DNA of 64,000 nucleotides from Bacteroidota bacterium (GTDB lineage Bacteria > Bacteroidota > Bacteroidia > Flavobacteriales_D > Crocinitomicaceae). The notes beneath the pieces are model-generated. The model was not told where the DNA came from. It saw only the letters and a program-made list of their open reading frames with translations, and ran no database searches. A program made the translations under genes and the position numbers. Location of the stretch: positions 22,523 through 86,522 of the forward strand of contig JAJRQK010000025.1 in assembly GCA_024280295.1 (NCBI GenBank), in the 5' to 3' direction. This document shows positions 38,549-47,123 of the stretch, one piece after another. The first letter of the stretch is position 1, and each line of letters begins with the position of its first letter.

Positions 38549-39471
38549 TTGATTTCGATCAGAAAAAAGGGATTTTTAGTGACCCGAAGCTACAAACAGA
38601 GTTTCATGAGAATGGATTCGTTATTGTGCCGTTTATTTCACCTCAACAAATTAAGGAATTATTTGGAGTTTACAAGTCCTGTTATCCTGATGGAGTGGAA
38701 GGCTTTTTCACCACAACCTTTGCGAATAATGTTGAACACCGAGAGCTTGTCAATCAATCGATAAAGAATATTTGTATTGAACAGATCGAAAACTTGTTTG
38801 AGAACTATAAAATTCTGTTTTCTAGTTTTATTGTCAAGGCTCCAGGAGAAGACAGTCGCCTAATCATGCACCAAGACATGACCCTAGTTGATGAAAACGA
38901 ATACTCTGGGATCAATATTTGGTGTCCAATGGTCGATTTGAACGAACTCAACGGAGCGATTGAAGTGTTGCCAAAGAGCCATCGGTTCTATAAAACATAT
39001 CGAGGTTCTTCTATTCCTGATATCTATGATAATGTAAAGGATGAGGTTGTGAATTTGATGCAACCATGTTTCTTGAAAGCTGGTGAAGCAATCATTTTCG
39101 ATCAAAGTATTATTCACAATTCACCTCCTAATTTATCAGATACGGAACGTCCGACAATCAATACGTTTGTTGCACACAAGAATGCAAAAATTAAAATTTG
39201 CTATTGGGACAAAGACACGTTTGGAGATAACATTGAAGTGTTCGAACAGGAAGATGACTTCTTGGAGAAATTTGAGAACTTCGGACACAATATTTTCAGT
39301 CGGCCAACAATCGGGAAAAGTTTAGGGCTCTTTCCGTATGATTTCCCGAAATTAACTGTGAATCAAATTGAACGTGAATTGGGAGTGACAATTGCTCGTG
39401 CACCTCAAAATCAACCTGAACAGGAAAAACAAAGTTGGTTAAAACGACTTTTTTCAATAAAAACAGCATGA
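38545..39471 (+). CDS. PhyH-family Fe(II)/2OG dioxygenase, paralog 3
   Basis: 308 aa with FHENGFVIVPF, IMHQDMTLVDE, GAIEVLPKSH and IIHNSPPN. The tail is SWLKRLFSIKTA. ATGA overlap with the upstream gene. Confidence 0.8.
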   Translation: MIDFDQKKGIFSDPKLQTEFHENGFVIVPFISPQQIKELFGVYKSCYPDGVEGFFTTTFANNVEHRELVNQSIKNICIEQIENLFENYKILFSSFIVKAPGEDSRLIMHQDMTLVDENEYSGINIWCPMVDLNELNGAIEVLPKSHRFYKTYRGSSIPDIYDNVKDEVVNLMQPCFLKAGEAIIFDQSIIHNSPPNLSDTERPTINTFVAHKNAKIKICYWDKDTFGDNIEVFEQEDDFLEKFENFGHNIFSRPTIGKSLGLFPYDFPKLTVNQIERELGVTIARAPQNQPEQEKQSWLKRLFSIKTA

Positions 39472-40337
39472 AAGAACCCATTTTTAAAGATGCAGAAATT
39501 CAACGCAAGTTTGACGAAGATGGCTTTGTGAAAATCCCTTTGTTGAGTGAGCAAGAAGTGGATACTTTAGCGAAAATGAGAGAAGAATATTTCCCTGAGA
39601 AAGGAAGCGTATTTTTCTCATCGAGCTACTTAGACGACTATGATTTAAAAATGGAAATCAGCAACAAAATTTCTGAAGCAATCAGTGCGGGATTAGAAAA
39701 ACAATGTGTCAATTATCGATTGATTGGAGCAGCATATTTGATCAAAGGAATTGGAAAACACAGCGAAATGCCAATGCATCAAGATTGGACGATTGTAGAT
39801 GAGCAGGAATTCTATGCTGTCAATGTTTGGATTCCACTAACTGACACCAACGAGGAAAATGGAACACTTGAATTGATGAAGGGAAGTCATAAATGGAATG
39901 AAGCATTACGCGCACCAACCTTACCTATGGCGTTTGCAGGATTGGAAGATAAAATAAAACCTAAATTAACAGTAGTTCCTGCCAAAAAAGGTGAGGTAAT
40001 TATACTGAACCAAGCAACAATTCATTATTCAAAGCCAAACACGACAGATGAAATTCGTCCTGCAATCACATCGGGAATGATTAGTCAAAAAGCACCACTC
40101 AAATTCCATTATTGGGACAAGGAACGAAATCAAATAGAGGAGTTCGAACAGGAGGATGATTTCCTTTTGCGTTTCGAGAATTTTATGGATGCAATTTACA
40201 AACGTCCTCTAATGGGCAAGAGTAAGCAATTCTTTGATTATTCAATTCCTAGATGGAACGAACAAGATTTGAATAGGTTGACTAATACAAGAGTAAATAA
40301 ATCGTCATTTTTTAAACGAATATTCGGGAAATCATGA
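39468..40337 (+). CDS. PhyH-family Fe(II)/2OG dioxygenase, paralog 4
   Basis: It has FDEDGFVKIPL, PMHQDWTIVDE, GTLELMKGSH and TIHYSKPN. The tail is SSFFKRIFGKS. The ATG at 39468 forms an ATGA overlap with the upstream stop, so I prefer it to the 39435 start in the ORF track. Confidence 0.8.
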   Translation: MKEPIFKDAEIQRKFDEDGFVKIPLLSEQEVDTLAKMREEYFPEKGSVFFSSSYLDDYDLKMEISNKISEAISAGLEKQCVNYRLIGAAYLIKGIGKHSEMPMHQDWTIVDEQEFYAVNVWIPLTDTNEENGTLELMKGSHKWNEALRAPTLPMAFAGLEDKIKPKLTVVPAKKGEVIILNQATIHYSKPNTTDEIRPAITSGMISQKAPLKFHYWDKERNQIEEFEQEDDFLLRFENFMDAIYKRPLMGKSKQFFDYSIPRWNEQDLNRLTNTRVNKSSFFKRIFGKS

Positions 40338-41197
40338 ATCGAGTTAACTTTAAAAGTCCTGAACTGACAGAACGATTAAAAGTGGATGGATACGCAACAT
40401 TTAATTTGCTGCGTGATCATGATATAGAAGCGTTGACCTCTATTTTTAATGAAAACCATTCATCTACCCCTGAAGGCTTTTATGCCACAACTCATTTGGA
40501 TGACAAGAAGAAACGAAAAACGTTGAGCGATCAAGCAATGTCTATCTTATCTTGTCGGATTGAATCTCATTTTGAAAACATTGAACTATTGGGAGGAGCA
40601 TTTATTTCAAAATCTCCAGGTGAGAAAGGAATTTTACCACTTCACCAAGATTGGAACTTAGTCAACGAAAAACACGCGCGATCCTATAATTTATGGATTC
40701 CTCTGGTTGATGTCGATGAAGTAAATGGCGCGATGAGAATTTTGGTCGGAAGTCACTCAAAGCAGGAAACGTACCGAGGCCCAAATGTTCCGCCAGTACT
40801 GTACTCGATTTCGAATGAAGTAGATCAGCACATGGTTTCGTTAAACATGAAACAAGGTGAGGCTGTGCTATACGATCACGCACTCTGGCATTCTTCTCCA
40901 AAAAACCAAACGGATAAACTACGCCTTGCCTTTGTGTTGGGTGTTGTTCCAAAAGAAGCAGATTTGAAGTATTATCAGCAAAATGGAGATACTGTGGAAG
41001 AATATGCGTCACATTCCAATTTTTTCTTTGAAAATGATCGAGATTCAGGCCCAAAGGGATTATCCTTGCTGCGATCATTCAACTATCCAAATTCTTTTCT
41101 ATCAAAAGAGCAATTTGAAGAAGTGTATCTTGGAAAAGATAAACTGAAACAAGAACCAAAAAAAGGCTTTTTCCAAAAACTATTTGGGACTAAATAA
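40334..41197 (+). CDS. PhyH-family Fe(II)/2OG dioxygenase, paralog 5
   Basis: 287 aa with LKVDGYATF, PLHQDWNLVNE, GAMRILVGSH and LWHSSPKN. The tail is KKGFFQKLFGTK. ATGA overlap with the upstream gene. Confidence 0.8.
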   Translation: MNRVNFKSPELTERLKVDGYATFNLLRDHDIEALTSIFNENHSSTPEGFYATTHLDDKKKRKTLSDQAMSILSCRIESHFENIELLGGAFISKSPGEKGILPLHQDWNLVNEKHARSYNLWIPLVDVDEVNGAMRILVGSHSKQETYRGPNVPPVLYSISNEVDQHMVSLNMKQGEAVLYDHALWHSSPKNQTDKLRLAFVLGVVPKEADLKYYQQNGDTVEEYASHSNFFFENDRDSGPKGLSLLRSFNYPNSFLSKEQFEEVYLGKDKLKQEPKKGFFQKLFGTK

Positions 41198-41203
41198 GAA
41201 ACA

Positions 41204-42175
41204 ATGACTACAACAATATATATCGTATTTATTCTACTTCTAGCGATATGCTGTTTTGTTCTCACGATCCTATTGATGAGAAAAGGAAGTAAGGATAAAA
41301 GGATGATTATTCCCCAAAAACCAGATCATTCAGCTCGAGAAGTTGGTGATTTTTACAACAATCAAACCAATAATTTTTTAAAAGTTTATGGCGAAGTGAT
41401 TCAAGCATTTCGAACAACTGATGTGACCAAATTACTCGATTATCAAATTGAAACAATTGGTTTCGAGAAAGGTCAGCGGGTTTTAGATGCTGGTTGCGGA
41501 GTTTGTGGTCCAGCTCGATATTTTGCGAAAAATGCAGGTGTCCAAGTTGAAGCAATCACCATTTCGGAGGATCAAGTTGAAAAGTCAAAAAAATACATTG
41601 CTGACGAAGGCTTGGAAGGAAAAGTCAATGTTACACATGGCGATTATCACCAATTAGAGAAATATTACGAATCGGATAGTTTTGATGCCGTGTATTTCTT
41701 GGAATCGTTTGGGCATGCTACAAATCATGAGCAGGTAATCAACTCTGCATGGGGAATGTTGAAGCCAGGAGGGAAACTCTACATCAAAGATTTATTCATC
41801 AAGGAAGCGGCAATCCAGTCTTTATCGGATGATATTCAACGCGAAGTGAAAAACATCAATGACGCGTATCGCTACAACATTGCTGATTTATACGAAGTAT
41901 TAAAACATGTTCGAAAAAAAGGATATATCCTATCAAGCGTTAAAACCATCGACCTTCCCTTGGAGGATTTTGAAAACTTAACGATCTCAAATGATTTCCA
42001 AGAACTAACGGGTATCAATAAAATTGAAAACCTACAAGAATATGTGTTTCCCGTCGATTTTTTCGAGATAACATGTATCAAACCTTGGAATGCCCTAGAG
42101 TATGGGAATAGTCGTTATTTCTTGCAGAATTTATTCTACATGCAAATGCATAATCGTAAACAGGAGGAATTGTAA
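41204..42175 (+). CDS. Class I SAM-dependent methyltransferase with an N-terminal TM anchor
   Basis: 323 aa with TM TIYIVFILLLAICCFVLTILLM, SAM motif I VLDAGCGVCGPARYFA and post-I/II elements (VEAITIS, FDAVYFLES, LKPGGKLYI). It ends 2 nt before wzt. Confidence 0.8.
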   Translation: MTTTIYIVFILLLAICCFVLTILLMRKGSKDKRMIIPQKPDHSAREVGDFYNNQTNNFLKVYGEVIQAFRTTDVTKLLDYQIETIGFEKGQRVLDAGCGVCGPARYFAKNAGVQVEAITISEDQVEKSKKYIADEGLEGKVNVTHGDYHQLEKYYESDSFDAVYFLESFGHATNHEQVINSAWGMLKPGGKLYIKDLFIKEAAIQSLSDDIQREVKNINDAYRYNIADLYEVLKHVRKKGYILSSVKTIDLPLEDFENLTISNDFQELTGINKIENLQEYVFPVDFFEITCIKPWNALEYGNSRYFLQNLFYMQMHNRKQEEL

Positions 42176-42177
42176 TC

Positions 42178-43389
42178 ATGGATGACGATAGAAAAGTGTT
42201 GGAAGTCAGAAATCTTCAGAAAGTATTTGTGAAAAATGACGGAACTAAAATTCTTGTCTTGGATGATGTCAATTTTGATCTAAACAAAGGCGAAATTTTA
42301 GGTGTAATCGGACGAAATGGATCAGGAAAAAGCACCTTGTTGAAAGTGTTAAGTAAGATTAGTGGTCCAACCGATGGAGAAATTCAATATTCTGGTATTC
42401 TGAAATCAATTATCGAAATTGGAACCGGGTTTCATCCTGATTTGTCTGGCAAGGAGAATGTAAAGTTGAATGCTCAACTACTTGGTATTCCTTGGAATGA
42501 ATTTAAGTTGATTTATGATGAATTGGTAGAATTTAGCGGACTGGAAGATTTCATGAATATGCCAGTTAAGCATTATTCGAGCGGAATGTATTTGCGTCTA
42601 GCTTTTTCCATTGCTTTCCATTCTAAAATCGATATTCTTTTACTTGATGAGGTTTTGGCAGTGGGAGATGCTGAATTTCGGCGTAAATGTTACCACAAGA
42701 TCAGGGAATTACGAGATGAAGGAACAGCAATTATTTTTGTGAGCCATCAAATGGAACCGATTATTGAATTCTGCGAACGTTGCATGTGGTTGGATAACGG
42801 TCGAGTGGAAATGATTGGAAAACCAATGGATGTAATTGAAAATTACCTAGACTCAAGTTTAAATCAAAATGACAAAATTCGTGGTGAGAGAATTGATTCA
42901 GAGCGAATAGCATATGAGATTGATTACGCTAGTTTAAATTCAGAATTTTTAAAAGTGAATGCCATATTCGTATATGCGCAAGGAAAAGATCTTGATGAAA
43001 ACATTACAGTTTCCGATGATATTATTATAAAAATGGAGTGCGATAAATTGGTGGATTTTAATTCATTTGAAATTATTTATACGCTTTGGAACATAAATAA
43101 TGTTCGCGTACTGACAGACTCATATGGACTTCGGCGTGATTATTCTATTGAGAGTCTGAAAAAAGGAAAGTACGAAGTGATCTGTCGAATACCAGCTAAC
43201 TTGTTAACAAGAGGCGTTTACAGTGTGGGGATTGCAATTGGTCGCTCAAGAGAATTTGTAAAAGAAGTACCGAACGTCTTCAATTTTAAAGTTCATACAG
43301 AAGAAGAGGATGTTTACGGAATCGAGATAAGTTCAATCATTCGTCCTCACTTGGACTGGACTGTTGAACTGAAAAAGTCCAATGTTTAG
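42178..43389 (+). CDS. wzt: Polysaccharide ABC exporter ATPase (Wzt/TagH-like) with a ~160-aa C-terminal extension
   Basis: 403 aa with Walker A GRNGSGKST, signature YSSGMYLRLAFS and Walker B LLLDEVLAVGD. Residues ~245-403 extend beyond the NBD, as in Wzt proteins that carry a glycan-cap-binding domain. Confidence 0.8.
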   Translation: MDDDRKVLEVRNLQKVFVKNDGTKILVLDDVNFDLNKGEILGVIGRNGSGKSTLLKVLSKISGPTDGEIQYSGILKSIIEIGTGFHPDLSGKENVKLNAQLLGIPWNEFKLIYDELVEFSGLEDFMNMPVKHYSSGMYLRLAFSIAFHSKIDILLLDEVLAVGDAEFRRKCYHKIRELRDEGTAIIFVSHQMEPIIEFCERCMWLDNGRVEMIGKPMDVIENYLDSSLNQNDKIRGERIDSERIAYEIDYASLNSEFLKVNAIFVYAQGKDLDENITVSDDIIIKMECDKLVDFNSFEIIYTLWNINNVRVLTDSYGLRRDYSIESLKKGKYEVICRIPANLLTRGVYSVGIAIGRSREFVKEVPNVFNFKVHTEEEDVYGIEISSIIRPHLDWTVELKKSNV

Positions 43390-44273
43390 AAAAATAACCA
43401 CCTTTTCTTTGAAGGAATATGCTTTTTTAAAAGCGATTTGAATTCGCTGTTACTAATCGAATCAAGATTACCGTAATCAATAGTTGTTTTATTCTTCCCA
43501 ATCGGATTCGGATCGTCTTTCTGGTTATTGAAATCGTCGTAATGAATGAATAAATCATCAGGCACATCGTAGCGATTAACTTCCATTCCTCTATTGGTTT
43601 CTGCTCCATGAAAACACATCGTTTCCGCAGGAATTGGAATAATATTATTAATAATCGAAGTTCTTGATGAATCGGAAAGGTTCGGTGGCGAATAATGTAA
43701 AATTCGGCTATCGAAGATTAACGCTTCTCCTACTTTCACATCAATTGGCTTAAGGTGTTTCTTCGCCTCATCTATATTGCCTGAAAATTTTGGGGGAATT
43801 CCTGCTCCACGAATGTTTAACGGAAAACGGTGACTTCCTTTTACAGCATAGAGAGTTCCATTCTGAGTCGTACTATCAACTAAAGGAATCCATAAATTGT
43901 AAGCGCGAAATTTACGTTCATCAATAATACTCCAGTCTTGGTGCAAGTTTAAAACGGAGTTGTCACCGATACCTTTAACCAAAAAGAAATAAGAGAGCAT
44001 TCTATGATTGACGAGCATTGATTCTATACTTGGAGAAAGCATATCACGTATTCCGGCATGTACGTTTCGCTTAATATCAATGTCAGAAATTGAAACACTT
44101 CCATAAAAAGCAGATTCAAAATCTTGGGGATAACCATCCACAGTTGTCTCTAAAAATGAACGATAACTCTCGGAATCGAAATTCGGCAAGCTAATTTTCA
44201 CAATGCCATCTTCACGCAATGATTGATTCAAAGCGTCAGAATGAAATACATCGATCCAATTTTCGGTTTCCAT
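43386..44273 (-). CDS. PhyH-family Fe(II)/2OG dioxygenase, paralog 6
   Basis: It has LREDGIVKISL, NLHQDWSIIDE, GTLYAVKGSH and ILHYSPPN. The tail is SKKRWLFF. I prefer the ATG at 44273 to the TTG at 44282. Its 3' end overlaps the wzt stop by 4 bp. Confidence 0.8.
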   Translation of the reverse strand: METENWIDVFHSDALNQSLREDGIVKISLPNFDSESYRSFLETTVDGYPQDFESAFYGSVSISDIDIKRNVHAGIRDMLSPSIESMLVNHRMLSYFFLVKGIGDNSVLNLHQDWSIIDERKFRAYNLWIPLVDSTTQNGTLYAVKGSHRFPLNIRGAGIPPKFSGNIDEAKKHLKPIDVKVGEALIFDSRILHYSPPNLSDSSRTSIINNIIPIPAETMCFHGAETNRGMEVNRYDVPDDLFIHYDDFNNQKDDPNPIGKNKTTIDYGNLDSISNSEFKSLLKKHIPSKKRWLFF

Positions 44274-44278
44274 TTTTA

Positions 44279-46147
44279 TCAATTAAAGAATGATTTTATT
44301 TTTTGAAAAAAACCATCCGATTCCTCTTGAGTTTTAGCCGTTTTTTGTTGAGGTAAGTTCAGGCCGTCAAAGTGACTTTTGTTATATGGTTTTGGATCAA
44401 CATTAAGTGTTTGAATGTGATCAATTGTCGTTGGATAATCGAATCGATCTTCCCGCAATAAATAGTTAGGATACGATAAGAATTCTTCAGTTCGCTCTCC
44501 AAGAGGAGTTTCATTAATATGATAGAATCGAAACTCAGCATTTTTGTTTGTTATCGCGCAAGCAGATGCTGGACGAACAATGGTGCTATTATTATTTCGC
44601 GATCCATGAATGAAGCGATGGTCATAAATAAAGGCGTGACCAGCTTTCATTGGTTTTAATTCCAAATTATCCCACAGAAAATCTTCTACATCTCGCAATT
44701 GATTTATAACGTTGGGTCCACGATATGTTGGTTGAATCAAATGACTTTTTGGAAGTATTTCAATAGCACCGTTCTCGGCTGTTGTATCAACCAGTGGCAC
44801 CCAAATGTTGCATGATCTAAATCGACGTTCGTCCACCAAGTTCCAATCCCTATGTGGAGTAATGAGCCCTTTTCCGTTTGGAGGTTTTGCAACGAATGTC
44901 CCACCTAATATTTGAGTGTCAACGAAGAGTTCTTCAACGTGTTGAGCGTACATATTTGCAATCCAATCGTTCACGTTTTTTTTCAATTCAACATCTTCGG
45001 AATGACTGATTGCAAATATCCGTTCGGCACTATCTTTATTCTGATCGTTAAAATAGTTCAGTAATTTGGCCACTTCATCTTCATTGAAAAATGGAATGAT
45101 TGCATAACCTTCTTCGCACAATTCCCGCTCTAATTCATCGTCCTTGAAAATGCGTATCGCCTCATGCACGTCAGAATTGTATTCAGCGAACTTCGCTTGC
45201 TCGAGAGGGGTTGTTGTTATTGGTTCAGTGATGAAGTTTTGAACTGGTTCACCATCATGGAACAAAGAAACTTTCTCAATTCCAAGTAAGTCACAATCGT
45301 TTTCGAATTGCTCAGAAGTGATTTTTGGAGAAATAAATGCTCCTTCACCTATTTTTTTACCAATCGTAGGTCGTACAACACAATTGTGAAAGAAATTTGG
45401 ATAATTAATTAAAAAATCATCAGCTTGCTGGTAAAGTTCTATTGGGTCATCTTCTTTATCTTGGTAACTCAACTGGAAGGTCGCTTCTGCCGGAAGGATA
45501 CCACTCACAACCGCAATTCGATCTTTCCCTGATGTGTTTTTTCCAGAAGTATGAATAATCCGAGCATCGAACACGAGTGCTTGACCCGCCTTCAATGCAA
45601 TTGGTTTCAAGTATTTCTTGACTGTTTCTTTAATGTTTGAAAAGGGAGGAGAAAACGACACGCTTCTGAACGGAGAAAACATTTGATGCGTTTTTTCTAC
45701 AACCCATAAAGCACCATTAGTTTCATCAACGTCCTGCAAGGGAATCCATACGCTCAAAGAAGAATGTTTGAATTCATCTACTGCGCTGGAATCTTGGTGA
45801 ATTGAAAATGCGCTATCGTCACCAGATAATTTATTAATGAAAAAATTCAAACCGTTGTTGTACCCTGTAAAATGTTCTTCGAAAACAGAATTGAGTTCTG
45901 TCTGAAGTGCACTATGAATACGTTTACGATAGTCGGTATCTTGAGAATAAACAGAGTAGAACATTCCTCCTTTTTCATCTGTTAGTTGGTGCTCCTGATG
46001 GTAAATCGAAAGCATCTCCTCAATTGTTGAAGGTTCAATTAGATCCACTATTGCATAACCAAATTCCTCAACCTTCTGTTTGATTTCAGAATTTTTGAAA
46101 ATGGTAAATGGAGCGGGAGTCCATGAAAATGGATGGGAATAACTCAT
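44279..46147 (-). CDS. Tandem double PhyH-family Fe(II)/2OG dioxygenase (two complete domains in one polypeptide)
   Basis: Domain 1 has SIHQDSSAVDE, GALWVVEKTH and IIHTSGKN. Domain 2 has TPHRDWNLVDE, GAIEILPKSH and FIHGSRNN. The tail is GFFQKIKSFFN. The start at 46147 forms an ATGA overlap with the upstream stop. Confidence 0.8.
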   Translation of the reverse strand: MSYSHPFSWTPAPFTIFKNSEIKQKVEEFGYAIVDLIEPSTIEEMLSIYHQEHQLTDEKGGMFYSVYSQDTDYRKRIHSALQTELNSVFEEHFTGYNNGLNFFINKLSGDDSAFSIHQDSSAVDEFKHSSLSVWIPLQDVDETNGALWVVEKTHQMFSPFRSVSFSPPFSNIKETVKKYLKPIALKAGQALVFDARIIHTSGKNTSGKDRIAVVSGILPAEATFQLSYQDKEDDPIELYQQADDFLINYPNFFHNCVVRPTIGKKIGEGAFISPKITSEQFENDCDLLGIEKVSLFHDGEPVQNFITEPITTTPLEQAKFAEYNSDVHEAIRIFKDDELERELCEEGYAIIPFFNEDEVAKLLNYFNDQNKDSAERIFAISHSEDVELKKNVNDWIANMYAQHVEELFVDTQILGGTFVAKPPNGKGLITPHRDWNLVDERRFRSCNIWVPLVDTTAENGAIEILPKSHLIQPTYRGPNVINQLRDVEDFLWDNLELKPMKAGHAFIYDHRFIHGSRNNNSTIVRPASACAITNKNAEFRFYHINETPLGERTEEFLSYPNYLLREDRFDYPTTIDHIQTLNVDPKPYNKSHFDGLNLPQQKTAKTQEESDGFFQKIKSFFN

Positions 46148-47064
46148 GTTTTCAGGATCGTTTTTTTGATTTTTCTTAACCAATTAGTAGTGTTTTTAGC
46201 TTTCTGAATAGGCTTGATTACTTTGACTTCTCCCTGAACCAATCTAATTTGCTCGATTAAGTGATTCTCAGAAAGTGAATCAAATGTAAATGAATCAAAT
46301 TCTGCTTCACCTTCTGGTCGCGCTCCTCGTTTTGACGCATAATCAATATAGAAATCAGGTGTTGTTTCAAATCGTTCTAGTTGCTTTTCACCTTCACCAT
46401 TTTCCTTATAATGAAAATAGTGCTGAGCATTTTCTGGTGTGAGTGTTAAGCCCAAACTTACACGGGATTTCGGAGTTTTATTCAAGGTTGATCCGTGAAG
46501 TAAACCATGAAAAAAGAAGATTGCTTCACCAGCTTTCATCGGCACTGATTGCATATTTTTTTCAATAAGTTTCCAGTGATCTCGGTAAACGTCGGGAGTT
46601 CCAACGCCACGAATAGTTCGATTGAATTGATGACTTCCTTTTAAAACAATGATGTTTCCATTTTCATCATTTACATCTTCAAGCGGACACCACATGTTGA
46701 TACTCCAATCATTTCGCTCATCTACAAACGACCAATCCTGGTGCGGAGGAAGATGTCCTTCTTGAGTGGGAGGTTTCACAACAAATAATCCGCCAAATGC
46801 GTTGTATTTGCAAAATGTCGTATTCATTTTCTCCTGAAAGACGCGTATTATTTCATTTTCCACTTCCAGTTTATATTCCATTCGTGGATCGAAATAGGAC
46901 TTGTAAAATGCAGTTGGGTGCTCAGGGTGCCATTTCTTATATAATTCTTTAAACGCCGAAATTTCCTGTTTGTCGATAAATGGAAGTACAATGAAACCAT
47001 CGCGCACCATTTTTTTATCCAATTCTGGATTTAAAAATAGACCAACAGGTTTCTCATTTAACAT
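46144..47064 (-). CDS. PhyH-family Fe(II)/2OG dioxygenase, paralog 9
   Basis: It has MVRDGFIVLPF, PPHQDWSFVDE, GNIIVLKGSH and LLHGSTLN. The tail is NWLRKIKKTILKT. I prefer the ATG at 47064 to the TTG at 47076. Confidence 0.8.
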   Translation of the reverse strand: MLNEKPVGLFLNPELDKKMVRDGFIVLPFIDKQEISAFKELYKKWHPEHPTAFYKSYFDPRMEYKLEVENEIIRVFQEKMNTTFCKYNAFGGLFVVKPPTQEGHLPPHQDWSFVDERNDWSINMWCPLEDVNDENGNIIVLKGSHQFNRTIRGVGTPDVYRDHWKLIEKNMQSVPMKAGEAIFFFHGLLHGSTLNKTPKSRVSLGLTLTPENAQHYFHYKENGEGEKQLERFETTPDFYIDYASKRGARPEGEAEFDSFTFDSLSENHLIEQIRLVQGEVKVIKPIQKAKNTTNWLRKIKKTILKT

Positions 47065-47123
47065 AGAAGAGTTCAAATGTTTCAGGTTTAAAGATACGAC
47101 TTCCTATAGAACTAAATCAAGTT

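Noticed and set aside
40662-41078. 138-aa antisense ORF inside PhyH paralog 5, and similar antisense ORFs such as 38003-38254, 38884-39117 and 41307-41555
   Set aside because: Each is fully contained in a strongly supported sense gene, and none has a recognisable motif.
36551-47076. PhyH paralogs as Fe/2OG halogenases
   Set aside because: Eight of the nine domains have a canonical H-x-D carboxylate ligand and the ninth has H-x-N, so none has the H-x-A/G dyad. The halogenase idea survives only for the separate frameshifted P4H-like gene.
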